Source: Salinispira sp.
GTDB taxonomy: Bacteria; Spirochaetota; Spirochaetia; DSM-27196; Salinispiraceae
Assembly: GCA_965226555.1 (NCBI GenBank)
Contig: CBDDDG010000023.1
Span: 1-38,456 of the forward strand
DNA: 38,456 nt
Reading direction: 5' to 3'
Made by a program: the position numbers and the translations under genes. This document shows, piece after piece, positions 17,558 through 27,198 of the stretch. A model generated the notes under the pieces. It worked only from the letters and a program-made list of their open reading frames with translations. It had not been told where the DNA came from and ran no database searches. Within the stretch, counting starts at the first letter, position 1. Each line of letters begins with the position of its first letter.

Positions 17558-19102
17558 TCATTTTGGCAATGTCGTCAAGCTGAAACGGGTTTCGCCGACC
17601 TGCGCTGTTTCGGGGTTTTTTCGCTTTAGCCCCCGATGTTTCGATACGACAGCCGCGACCGATTCAAAAACATCGTAGGGTTCTCCATCAATAAGTTTCT
17701 GAGCTATCTGCGGCGCGGGAGGTTCCTGCGTGTAGGCTGTAACAATAAATTGTTCAATGCCGAAGGGGGGCACAACCTCAAAGGCGTAGGGCAACTGCAC
17801 GGTTCGGTTTACTTTGTCGCTGCCAATGTAGAATTTGGGCTCCAGAAGCACAATTTCTCCGGTGGCAAGAACATAGGTGAGCTGCAAAAAGGCTGGCTGA
17901 TTCACCCGCAGGTAAATTTGAAGGGGTTCTCCTTCGGTGAAAACCAGAACATCGCTTTCCCGTCCCTTATTGGTCCAGACATCGACATTAATGCCTCCGT
18001 CTGTAAGGGCGCCATCGGCAAATTCCTGAAGAGCCAGCATTGCCTCGTCAAAATTCTGCGGTTTCAGGCTGAATCCCGCATTTTCACTACGGGGGAAGAG
18101 CACTTCCGCTCGGGCAAGCTTGGAGCCCTCGGCGGTCAGGGCAATGGCACTGAGACGGATTTTGTCGTTCTCTTCCCAATAACGCCCCTGAACAATGACC
18201 CGCGAGGCTGAGTCCGGCTGGGTCTGGGTTTCCGATGCGGGCGTCTCCAGTCGATTGACCAGCTCCGACTCTAGGCGGGAAGCGGCGTAACGGCCGAATT
18301 CGCTGGAGAAATCGGTGTTGCCGTACTGGAAGAATGGCACATCAATGGCTCCGCCCGGAACATTCTGCCGGGACAGAATGAGAGCAACCGTGCCGAGGGC
18401 TTCGTTCAGCGTTGGCTGCTCGCGGGACATGAGCATGTCGATGGTTTTGTTGAGCAGGTTCTCCAAATTCTTAATGTCGTCTATGTTGTCTGCGTCATCC
18501 ATGGACAGAAAAAAGCGATCATGAAACGTGCTGGTGTTCACTGCCTGAAATATCGCCCAGTCATCGTAGAGGTCGGTAAACAGCGTGCTGGCCGCAAACA
18601 GTTCCAAGAGGGCATCGTCCGAGCGGTTGTCGGCGGTGAGATTGTCGGCATCTTCCATGAGGGAAACAATGTTTGCGTGTGTTTCGGCGGCGGCGGCGGA
18701 GTATTGCCCCAGCAGAGACTCCCGCGCGATGGCCGCCAGCGCATAATGGTTTGATTGATCTTCGTAGGTCTGAAAGAGAGCGCCAGAGAGGGTAAGGTCG
18801 GTGGTGGAGCGGGTCAGAGATGTTACGGAAGCATTGTACTGCCGTCCATCATCAAACTCCTCAAGAACAAGATCGGACTCAATGCGAACCCGAATTTTCT
18901 GCGCCAGATCGGCCAGCGCCTTGTCTTTGACCGCCGCAGCGCTGTTCCTCTCCGAACGGCTCAGTTGAGCAAACCCGGTAAGGTGGGTCTGAGACGGATA
19001 CTGTGTTCTGGAACCGTAAGTGCTCACCCAGATCGGGGGAGCCGCCGATATTTCCATCGCGGCAAGCATAATGCCAATAATAATACATAGTGTACGTTTC
19101 AT
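17558..19102 (-). CDS. Exported protein with an LPP20-like N-terminus and a DUF4384-like C-terminus
   Basis: Signal peptide 'MKRTLCII...EISAAPP'; 'ALADLAQKIRVRIES'; C-terminal 'VWTNKG...FTEGEPLQIYLRVNQPAFL...VVPPFGIE'; AAGGAG RBS before ATG 19102. Confidence 0.7.
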   Translation of the reverse strand: MKRTLCIIIGIMLAAMEISAAPPIWVSTYGSRTQYPSQTHLTGFAQLSRSERNSAAAVKDKALADLAQKIRVRIESDLVLEEFDDGRQYNASVTSLTRSTTDLTLSGALFQTYEDQSNHYALAAIARESLLGQYSAAAAETHANIVSLMEDADNLTADNRSDDALLELFAASTLFTDLYDDWAIFQAVNTSTFHDRFFLSMDDADNIDDIKNLENLLNKTIDMLMSREQPTLNEALGTVALILSRQNVPGGAIDVPFFQYGNTDFSSEFGRYAASRLESELVNRLETPASETQTQPDSASRVIVQGRYWEENDKIRLSAIALTAEGSKLARAEVLFPRSENAGFSLKPQNFDEAMLALQEFADGALTDGGINVDVWTNKGRESDVLVFTEGEPLQIYLRVNQPAFLQLTYVLATGEIVLLEPKFYIGSDKVNRTVQLPYAFEVVPPFGIEQFIVTAYTQEPPAPQIAQKLIDGEPYDVFESVAAVVSKHRGLKRKNPETAQVGETRFSLTTLPK

Positions 19103-19131
19103 GTTTCTCCTTACCCCGCTCCGCGGAGCTT

Positions 19132-22110
19132 TCAATTCTTCACCCAGAGCGCGTAGTCGGGGACGCTGTCGGGGATAATGGTGGTTGGTTTCTGTTTGCC
19201 GTTGGTGAGGGCTTTGACGTGCTGGGTTACATAGAGGTCAATTTCCTTAATGGTAATGGAACCGTCTCTGTCGTAGTCGGCCTGCTGATTTCCCAGACCT
19301 TTCAGCAGAGCTTCAGTGAAGGCGCCGTTCTCCCATGCGGGATCCTCGTAGCTGAAGCCTGAGCCGGTCGCGGCGGTCATGGTTACCGATCCTATGCCGC
19401 TGTTCAGAATGGAACTGACGGCAGCGGTTACATTGCGGCTGTTGCTGCTGCCTCCGGCAATGTTGCCGCTGTGGCAGGTATCGGCCAGAAGAACAATTTT
19501 GGATGACAGACTGGCGAGGGTGTCTTCAATTTCTGTCCATTTTAGGGCTGTGCGGCGCAGGTTGTTCGGGTCGGCATCGATATTCAGGTAGTAGTAGTTG
19601 CCTTTATCATCGTTCAGACCATGTCCGGCAATGTAGATCATGGCAATGTCTCTCTGGGTGCTTTCCTGTTCTAACCAGTCGAGGGCATCGAGAATGTTGT
19701 CGCGGTTAGCATTGGCGTTGGTCAGAGACCTGACCATAACATCCCGATAGAGGATTCCTTTCTGTCGGCTGAACATGTCGGCAATGTCGCCCGCGTCTTT
19801 GTGGGCGTAGTCTAAGTCGGGAATGTCCGCATGGTCGTAGGCGCTTACGCCAATGCTTATGAGGTAGAGCGCCGGCTTGTAGATATCGGCGGTTGTCTGA
19901 GAAGCAGACGACTGGCGGTATATGGTCAGTTGCGCCTCATTGCTCAGGGCATGGCGGTTGCGGGCGAAGAGGGTAATGAGGTTTTCGCCTTCATCGAGCT
20001 CAAGTTCAAGGCGCTGCCTGCCGTCCTCCGCTCTGGCGAGTCCCCGCAGTTTGCGTCCGTTAAGAAGGATAGATGTTTCAAGCACCGGAGCGTCACTCTC
20101 CACGGTGTAGAACAGGGTTGCTTTATCGGCAGTGGTTTCGCGGTAGCTTGAGCCTTCCAGCCGGACAATGGGGGGTAGTGAGGCGGCAATGTCGACCGTT
20201 TCTACCTTTCGGGCTTCTCCGGCAAAGGCAATGGCCTGTTCTTCGCTGCCGGTTTCCCAGATGTATTCAATAATGTCTGGGCGGTAGAGGGTGTCGAAGT
20301 AGCGGTCGCTGGAGACAAACTGCGCTTCCGTGTCAGCGCCCTTGTTAATGTGGTAGCCGACATAGCGGGCTCCGTTCACGCTTGAGGCAAAGTAACCGCT
20401 GTTCGACCAGACAACATACTCGTCATCGTCTGAAACAAATATGTTGAGCATGGGAGTAAGTTCCTGAACATTCCTGCTGTTCAGGTTGAGTTCGGCGAGG
20501 TTCCAGACACGAATGGTTTGATCATCACTGCCGCTTATTAACCTGTCGCCTTCCAGCGCAAGCCCCCATATCTCATTGGTATGTCCAATAAGCCGTGCCC
20601 GCTCGTTTCCCTGGCGGTCATAGATAATCAAGCCTCCATGAAAACCCCCGCTGACAATGTAGTCCCCGTACCAGCCGTAGACGAGGTGACGGTAGCCATC
20701 GGGAGGACCTTTGGTAATAACCGCCTGTACCTGCCCTGAGCGGGTAACAACGAGTTCGGCATTGTTATATCCATAGTTTCCGCCCGCGCGGTGGCTGAGA
20801 GAGAACGCGCCGTTGACCGTTTCCATGCGTGTGAATTCGGCGCTGTCGGCATAATTCTGAATGCCGAAATTGCTCAGGTCAATGACCCGATCAAAGGCGG
20901 ATTCTCCATACCCTTTAGTCCGTGTATTCCCCCAGGCAATGCGGTCTCCCTGAATACCCACACTCACTACGCTATGACCCACTCCTGCAATGTGCAGTGT
21001 TTGGTGCCCGGTGTTGGCATTCCAGAGGTAAATATCCATGTTATTACCCCCGGCGCTCATGGCGGTATTATTATTCAGGAAGGCAGTGGCAATGACAACG
21101 TTAGTGTGGGCGGTGAACTTGGCTGTTTCGGTATAGTTCTCATTATAGATGGTGACAGTAGAGGGGGATGCTGACTGTCCTGCCAGCAGTTTACCGCCGT
21201 CCGGGCTGTAGGAAAGCCCCCGAGGTTTAACTTTGCTAATGGTATGAAGTTTCTGAAGGCTGCGGGTGAAAATGAAAATGTCGTTATCATAACCTGCTGC
21301 GGCAACACGCTCCCCGTTACTTGCAAGGGAATACAGTTTCTGACCGGCATCGTAGTGTCCTTCATAGGTCAATTCTTGTCCATCGAAACGGTGATGGGCG
21401 AGACGGTTATCGGCACTAGCCGAGTATATGTCGTAGCCGGAGTCGGCGCGGCTGAGCATGAGAACATCGGAGACAGCGTCAGTATGGTAGCTCATGGTGC
21501 CCGCAAGCTGCCAGTTCCGGCTGTCCCAGATTTTGACAGTCTTGTCAGAAGAACCTGAGACAAGGTAGCGGTCATCATCGCTGAAGGCGAGTGAGTATAC
21601 GGTGTCCCCATGCCCTTCCAAAACCCGAATAAGCTCTCCGCTGGGGTAATCGTAGATGCGAATGGCACCCCATCTGTTGCTATGACCTGAAAGTACCCCC
21701 GCCGCTGCCAAATAGCGGTTATCGGCGCTGAGGGCAATGGCAGATATTCCCCCGCGATTATCCCATATCTGACCGAGTATCTTGCGCTTCTCCTGCCCTG
21801 TTCGGCTGTCCCAGACGCGGATGGTCTTGTCATCGGAAGCGGTAATAATATCGCCGTCATTACTCACCGCAATATCCCAAATTAATCCCCGGTGCCCCTG
21901 CGAGTCAATCTGCAGAACGGGACCTAGGGGGGGTGGACGCACAGGTTCGTCTGATGCAGTTGAATTGGTCCTTGTGGTCGGCGGTGAATACAGTGAAACA
22001 CAGGCTGAGAATAGGAGCATCGCGCATATAATGAGCGATACGGCTGCCTTCACACCTGCCTGAACCATAAAATTCTTATTTATAAAACATAGCGATATTA
22101 TTTTTCGCAT
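19132..22110 (-). CDS. WD40-repeat caspase-like (peptidase C14) protein, probable lipoprotein
   Basis: WD40 repeats (GHxxxI...SDDKTIRVWD); Ig-like linker; C14 dyad 'YIAGHG' and 'ADTCHSG'; 'NGAFTEALLKGL' and 'ADYDRDGSITIKE'; lipobox-like 'LLFSAC'. Confidence 0.93.
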   Translation of the reverse strand: MRKIISLCFINKNFMVQAGVKAAVSLIICAMLLFSACVSLYSPPTTRTNSTASDEPVRPPPLGPVLQIDSQGHRGLIWDIAVSNDGDIITASDDKTIRVWDSRTGQEKRKILGQIWDNRGGISAIALSADNRYLAAAGVLSGHSNRWGAIRIYDYPSGELIRVLEGHGDTVYSLAFSDDDRYLVSGSSDKTVKIWDSRNWQLAGTMSYHTDAVSDVLMLSRADSGYDIYSASADNRLAHHRFDGQELTYEGHYDAGQKLYSLASNGERVAAAGYDNDIFIFTRSLQKLHTISKVKPRGLSYSPDGGKLLAGQSASPSTVTIYNENYTETAKFTAHTNVVIATAFLNNNTAMSAGGNNMDIYLWNANTGHQTLHIAGVGHSVVSVGIQGDRIAWGNTRTKGYGESAFDRVIDLSNFGIQNYADSAEFTRMETVNGAFSLSHRAGGNYGYNNAELVVTRSGQVQAVITKGPPDGYRHLVYGWYGDYIVSGGFHGGLIIYDRQGNERARLIGHTNEIWGLALEGDRLISGSDDQTIRVWNLAELNLNSRNVQELTPMLNIFVSDDDEYVVWSNSGYFASSVNGARYVGYHINKGADTEAQFVSSDRYFDTLYRPDIIEYIWETGSEEQAIAFAGEARKVETVDIAASLPPIVRLEGSSYRETTADKATLFYTVESDAPVLETSILLNGRKLRGLARAEDGRQRLELELDEGENLITLFARNRHALSNEAQLTIYRQSSASQTTADIYKPALYLISIGVSAYDHADIPDLDYAHKDAGDIADMFSRQKGILYRDVMVRSLTNANANRDNILDALDWLEQESTQRDIAMIYIAGHGLNDDKGNYYYLNIDADPNNLRRTALKWTEIEDTLASLSSKIVLLADTCHSGNIAGGSSNSRNVTAAVSSILNSGIGSVTMTAATGSGFSYEDPAWENGAFTEALLKGLGNQQADYDRDGSITIKEIDLYVTQHVKALTNGKQKPTTIIPDSVPDYALWVKN

Positions 22111-22225
22111 ACATCCTCCATTTTGTTTTTGTTACGCGCATTAAGAGATTATGCGCTGCAACGGTGTATTACCGGTTACCGTACACGGTAAAAAAAATTC
22201 AGTCAACAGATCGTGAAAATCTAAA

Positions 22226-22300
22226 CAGTAGCAAAAGTTTCAGATTCGGAATGCTTTCTTTGTGCTTAGCATTCTCCAATTTTATAGAAACTTTTGCATT
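22226..22300. repeat. AT-rich palindromic mosaic element, partial
   Basis: CAGTAGCAAAAGTTTCAGATTCGGAATGCTTTCTTTGTGCTTAGCATTCTCC...GAAACTTTTGCATT. Confidence 0.85.
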
Positions 22301-22327
22301 TTGCACTGCTTTCTAAAAGGTAGCATA

Positions 22328-24050
22328 CGAGCCTGTCGGACTTTACCCGGGTTGATAGTGGTATTGCGTTTGATTGGAGAATCTGATATAGTTTTTTCAT
22401 GCAACGATTTAAGTCATGTAGTCAAGATCAACAATTCCTGATGCCTCTTGATATGAGAGATTGGGTTCCCGAAGATCATCTGGTCAATTTTATTAACGAA
22501 GCGGTAAGCACCATAGACAGTACCGTTTTTCATATCAATAGGCGGGGAAGCGGGAGCGAGCAATATCATCCGAAAATGATGCTTGCCTTGCTGATATATA
22601 GCTACACGGAAGGACGATTTAGCAGTCGCCGGATAGAACGGTCAACGTACGAGAATATCTGTGCGCTCTATCTGACCGGCAACACGCATCCCGATCACGA
22701 TACTATTTGTCGCTTTCGCCGAAAAAATACAGAAGCGATACACAAAGCGTTTATCCGTATTCTGCTGCTTGCCAAAGAGATAGGCATTCTGAAGGTCGGG
22801 ACGGTCAGTATAGATGGGACACACATTAAAGCCAATGCGAGTAAATTCGAAAATGTGAGCTATGATCGGGCTGAGGAGCTGGAGAAACGGCTTGATGAGG
22901 ACATTCAGAAATTGTTAGTGGAGGCAGAAGCGGCCGATACCGCAGACGATGAGGATGCGAACAGATTACCACAGGAGATTGCCCGAAGGCAGAAACTCCG
23001 CGAAAAGATGATCCATGCGCGAGCTGAAGTAGAAAGACGCGCGCGTGTCCGCGAGGAAAGAGAACAGGAGAAAGCGGAGAAAAAAGATGGAGCAAATGAT
23101 ACGGAAGATGTTTCCCCCTGCGGGGGAGCGAAGACAGACGCTCAGAGCGAAGGGCCTCCTGATCGGGCGATCCCGCCTGCGGACGGACAGAAAACACTTT
23201 TTGCCGATGATGATCCTGAAGACATTTCAGCGAAGGCGCAGGAGATTCTGCCGAAGGGCGAGCAGGCATGCAACAACACTGATCCTGACAGCCGTATTAT
23301 GACAAAGGGATCGGGAACACAGCAGGCCTATAATGCTCAGGCGGTAGTCGATGCCGATGGCACGCAATTAATTGTCGGGACGCGTGTTTCCCAGTGTTCA
23401 TCTGACCGGAATGAACTGGTAAACGATTGTCTCTCTGTTCCCCCAGATGTCGGGAAGCCCGAGCGAGCGCTTGCTGACGCGGGCTTTGTCAATGGCGATG
23501 AAGTGAAAACAGTAGAGGAAGAAATGGGGATAGATGTTCTGGTGTCTGTTCGGGCTGAAGAGACACATAATCCGCGAGAATACGACTATCGACCGGAAGA
23601 GAAAAATGCCAACACCACGCCTCCAAAAGAATCCAAGCCATGGATAAAAGATATGAACGCCAAATTTCAGAAGTCCGAGAACCGAAAACTCTATGCCCGC
23701 AGGAAGCAGACGGTGGAACCGGTATTCGGGATTATTAAGCAGTGCATGGGATTTCGACAATTTCTCCACAGAGGCCTTGCACATGTTACGAGTGAATGGG
23801 AACTTGTCGCGTTGGCTTATAATTGCAAGAGACTTCATCGACTGAAAATGACCTATGGATAGAAAAACTCCCCCCGTTGCGCCCGCGCATAGTTCCAACT
23901 GGCATCATCGAAGCGCGAATGGGTTCACGATGCCACCCCGCGCCTGAAGAAAACAACGCGATAACTGACGGCAATACTCATTTCCACCATCATTCCCACC
24001 TCCATCGACTCACATCAAACAACATTATTTAGTTATGTACGACAGGCTCT
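22328..24050 (+). mobile_element. IS1182-family insertion sequence, copy 2
   Basis: Same IRs as copy 1, 3 bp shorter, a few substitutions; TA on both flanks. Confidence 0.93.
22399..23862 (+). CDS. IS1182-family DDE transposase
   Basis: 487 aa; the visible difference from copy 1 is SPGGG vs SPCGG. Confidence 0.95.
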   Translation: MQRFKSCSQDQQFLMPLDMRDWVPEDHLVNFINEAVSTIDSTVFHINRRGSGSEQYHPKMMLALLIYSYTEGRFSSRRIERSTYENICALYLTGNTHPDHDTICRFRRKNTEAIHKAFIRILLLAKEIGILKVGTVSIDGTHIKANASKFENVSYDRAEELEKRLDEDIQKLLVEAEAADTADDEDANRLPQEIARRQKLREKMIHARAEVERRARVREEREQEKAEKKDGANDTEDVSPCGGAKTDAQSEGPPDRAIPPADGQKTLFADDDPEDISAKAQEILPKGEQACNNTDPDSRIMTKGSGTQQAYNAQAVVDADGTQLIVGTRVSQCSSDRNELVNDCLSVPPDVGKPERALADAGFVNGDEVKTVEEEMGIDVLVSVRAEETHNPREYDYRPEEKNANTTPPKESKPWIKDMNAKFQKSENRKLYARRKQTVEPVFGIIKQCMGFRQFLHRGLAHVTSEWELVALAYNCKRLHRLKMTYG

Positions 24051-24347
24051 TAAGCTGTAGTGATAGTCCTGCGTTTCAGATTTTTCGACCGTCAGCTCAA
24101 TGCTAAAGGTATTCGATGGTTTGCGGCAGATCCATTCAAAGCCTCCCCGAATTGGCGGAAGATTCACATCTCCGTTAATTGCCTGTGAAATGGGAACGTT
24201 CGAAGCAATTCGTGTAAGAAAAAGAAATGTTTCCAGCACATTCGATTTTCCGCTGGCATTCGCCCCAATGAGTATGGTCAGGGGGTCGACATGAAACGTT
24301 GCTTCATCGAAACTCTTCCAGTCTCTGATTATCAGTTTTTTTATCAT
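24051..24347 (-). pseudogene. AAA/ABC-type ATPase (AAA_15/AAA_21-like), 5' part truncated by IS1182
   Basis: MIKKLIIRDWKSF...LTILIGANASGKSNVLE (Walker A); the frame runs into the right IR of the IS. Confidence 0.88.
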
Positions 24348-24357
24348 GATTATTCCC

Positions 24358-24480
24358 AAACGTTTTGCTACTGAAAATTGTGCTTTGCACAATTTTCCAA
24401 TGAGGATTCTCTCATTATATACCACAACGCAGTAGATAAAAAGTTTTGCATTGATAAAGTTTTGCCTGTGGCAAAACTTT
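24358..24480. repeat. AT-rich palindromic mosaic element
   Basis: GAAAATTGTGC-TTT-GCACAATTTTC, ATGAG..CTCAT and AAAGTTTTGCC-TGT-GGCAAAACTTT modules, in reverse order relative to the Rpn-2 insertions. Confidence 0.85.
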
Positions 24481-24721
24481 GTTTGCGGTTGCGGCATAAC
24501 AACAGGATAGCTGTGCCCGCGGTACTGCTGCCGGAAATGAGGAAAATAATGAAAAAAGATGAAAAAAAGAATGATTTTTAGGTTTTGGGTATGCAAAGTT
24601 CTGGGAATGGTGTAATCTTAATCTTAAGAAACAATGAATAATTTTTTCTGCGTGGAAAAAAGACTCCCGGCAGATATAATGGAGTTATTCAAAAGTTTCT
24701 AATACCTTGGAGGTAACATAT

Positions 24722-26569
24722 ATGAAAATTACGTCATATAATAGAGGGGGGGTAACCCTTTTTACATTCTGCGCAATAGCTATTGCGTTGATTTCTGGCT
24801 GTCCAATGCCGATTGCGCCGCCAACCATGTCTGCTCCGACTCTCGAATCGGGGAGCGAACAGCTCACCGCATCGTGGATTGATCCAACCACATGGAATTG
24901 GGGGTGGGGGGAGAACAACACAGGAAACGATATTACTACATATCACTTGCGCTATCGTCACATGAGCAGCGAGGGCTGGACGGAGATCACATCCGGTATT
25001 ACCGGCACAAGCCACGTCATTACCAAACTGACAAACGGCCTCAGTTACTCTGTGCAGGTGCGCGCTATCAACGCGCAGGGCACTGGCGGCTGGTCGGCAT
25101 CTTCCACGGCACGCCCTATTGCGCCCCCTGCCGCGCCGGGTACCATGACCGCGCCAACCCTTTATGCGGGCACTGGGTTGCTCATTGCGACATGGACTGT
25201 GCCAACCGATAACGGCGGCAGCAAAATTACCGGGTATGAGCTGCGATATCGCGCAGGCGTCGGAGATTGGACGGAGATCACTGGTATTGCCGGCACAAGC
25301 TACCCCATTGTCGGACTGACAAACGGTACCGGCTATGATGTGCAGATACGCGCGGTCAACGCGGGAGGCACTGGCGGCTGGTCGGCATCTTCCACGGCAA
25401 TTTTTGTTACTGCCCCTGCCGCGCCGGGTACAATGGCTGCTCCAACCTTTGAAGCGGGCACTGGGTTGCTCATTGCGACATGGACTGCGCCGGAAAATGA
25501 TGGCGGCAGCCCCATTACCGGGTATGAGCTGCAATATCGTACAGATGCTGGAGCATGGACACGCATTAGCTCCGGCATTGCCTGCGCACGCAGCGAGGGG
25601 CAGGCAGAAGTCTGTCATTTTTCCTTCTCATTTAATCCTTCTTACACAGGCCACACCATCACAGGCATGACAGACAGCGCCAACTACCAAATGCAGGTAC
25701 GCGCCGTCAACGCGCAGGGCGTGAGCGAATGGTCTGCAACAGCAATGCTGCCGTTTGCAACGCAGCTTCCCGCGGGATCGCCAGCGTCCGTACCCTTATC
25801 GGCTGATAGTAGTAATACCCTCATTGCCAATGAGGATATAAGCCTTTCTGTGACCACGGTGGGAGCAAGCAATATCACGGTCGATAATTCAGGAGACATT
25901 ACGGCGGTCACTCCCGAAACGACGCCCGATGGTGTTACTATCGATTCGAGCAGCGGACTTATTACGGTTACGGTTACCGCAGATACAACGGCAGGAACAT
26001 ATGTGGTATATGGTACTGGAACCGGAAATACCATCCTGTTTGCCGAGTATTTCTTTGTTACCGAGAATCCTACTACTAACGCTGAACTGAAAACAGCGGT
26101 AAATGACGGGGTAACTACTTGGGGCAATACTGGCAATTTCAACTACATTATTACCGCGGCAGTAACGGATATGTCCAGTATATTCTCTAACAAGAGCACA
26201 TTTAATGGCGATATCTCCGGCTGGGATGTCAGTTCGGTAACGAATATGAACAATATGTTCGCTATAGCAAGCGTATTCAATGGCGATATTTCCGGCTGGG
26301 ATGTCAGCTCGGTAACGATTATGAACAATATGTTCCAGCTAGCGGGGGCATTCAATCGCGATATTTCCGGCTGGGATGTCAGCTCGGTAACGAATATGCG
26401 CGAGATGTTCACTCGTGCAAGCGCATTCAATCAAGATCTTGAGGAGTGGAAGGATCATTGGTCGCTTGCCGCGGGGACTCTTGATGCCGCTGGCGACTAT
26501 ACCGGAGACAAAACATATATGTTTAATCAGTCCGGCGTGACAGGTAATTTGATTCCGTCATGGTATTAG
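24722..26569 (+). CDS. Surface lipoprotein with 3 fibronectin type III domains and DUF285 / BspA-type repeats
   Basis: GGAGG RBS; lipobox 'LISGC'; FN3 motifs 'W..P...GGS.ITGYELRYR' and 'YxVQVRAVNAxG'; 25-aa repeats 'FNGDISGWDVSSVTNMxxMF'. Confidence 0.92.
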   Translation: MKITSYNRGGVTLFTFCAIAIALISGCPMPIAPPTMSAPTLESGSEQLTASWIDPTTWNWGWGENNTGNDITTYHLRYRHMSSEGWTEITSGITGTSHVITKLTNGLSYSVQVRAINAQGTGGWSASSTARPIAPPAAPGTMTAPTLYAGTGLLIATWTVPTDNGGSKITGYELRYRAGVGDWTEITGIAGTSYPIVGLTNGTGYDVQIRAVNAGGTGGWSASSTAIFVTAPAAPGTMAAPTFEAGTGLLIATWTAPENDGGSPITGYELQYRTDAGAWTRISSGIACARSEGQAEVCHFSFSFNPSYTGHTITGMTDSANYQMQVRAVNAQGVSEWSATAMLPFATQLPAGSPASVPLSADSSNTLIANEDISLSVTTVGASNITVDNSGDITAVTPETTPDGVTIDSSSGLITVTVTADTTAGTYVVYGTGTGNTILFAEYFFVTENPTTNAELKTAVNDGVTTWGNTGNFNYIITAAVTDMSSIFSNKSTFNGDISGWDVSSVTNMNNMFAIASVFNGDISGWDVSSVTIMNNMFQLAGAFNRDISGWDVSSVTNMREMFTRASAFNQDLEEWKDHWSLAAGTLDAAGDYTGDKTYMFNQSGVTGNLIPSWY

Positions 26570-26597
26570 TTTCATAGCCCATAGCCCGCAGCGGCTA

Positions 26598-26770
26598 ATG
26601 AAACGTTGCAAGTCAACTCAGGCAGGCGCTGGGCTGGTTGGGGTGCGCTTCGTGCCTGCTCGGCCCATGCGACTGTTGCTGAGACCGGGGCTGCTCGCCA
26701 TGCAGCCGGGCTGGTCGGATGTTTGCGCCTCCTGGGCTGATCGGCGTTGCACGCCTGCTCGCCCAAGCGG
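26598..26770. repeat. GC-rich REP-like repeat cluster upstream of Rpn-3
   Basis: Mosaic of GGGCTGGTCGG, GCGTTGCACGCCTGCTCGCCC and CCCATGCGACTGTTGCTGAGACCGGGGCTG; the last also occurs at 28322-28351. Confidence 0.85.
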
Positions 26771-26788
26771 CGGGGTTAGGTCAAACAG

Positions 26789-26899
26789 TAATATCCCAAA
26801 ATAATAAAAATAATTACAAAAATTTCTCATTTTCACCGTTCATATTTTACCCGTCTATATGGTATGGAAAAAGATTATATCGGTACAGAGCCGCTCTGA
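26789..26899 (+). pseudogene. Copy of the Rpn-2 upstream region plus the first few codons of an Rpn-2-like gene
   Basis: TAATATCCCAAAATAATAAAA...AATTTCTCATTT...CACCGTTCATATTTTACCCGTCTATAT matches 11126-11204; ATG 26864 gives MEKDYIG (vs MSKKYSG), then stops at 26899. Confidence 0.65.
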
Positions 26900-27198
26900 C
26901 CCACGCATCTCAATTTTCGGGCTATATCTTACGCAGTCAGTCAGATATCGCCATAGACGCGCACCCCCTTCCCGTCCACTAACCCGCATTCCCGAGCCCT
27001 TTCCTCCCATCGTCGCCCCGAAAATCCCTCCCAACCCGAAAAAAATTCACACATTTTGCAAAATTCTTTCAAATTCTCTCAAAAAACATAGTTAAAAATG
27101 ACAGTTTACCCGTTATAGATATAGGAGGAGAGAATTCACCATGGCATCACATCGCCATGGGAACTCCCCTATTCAGAAAAAACCTTCAGGAGGATTAT

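Noticed and set aside
22177..22198. TTACCGT-AC-ACGGTAA palindrome plus A-run as a terminator
   Set aside because: The T-tract precedes the hairpin on the minus strand and the plus strand has an A-tract, so it does not fit an intrinsic terminator in either direction. An operator role cannot be supported from the sequence alone.
12944..24050. A composite transposon that moved as a unit
   Set aside because: Each copy has its own TA flanks, and removing copy 1 alone restores the MFS stop context. Independent insertions explain the data; a 2-bp target cannot prove joint movement.
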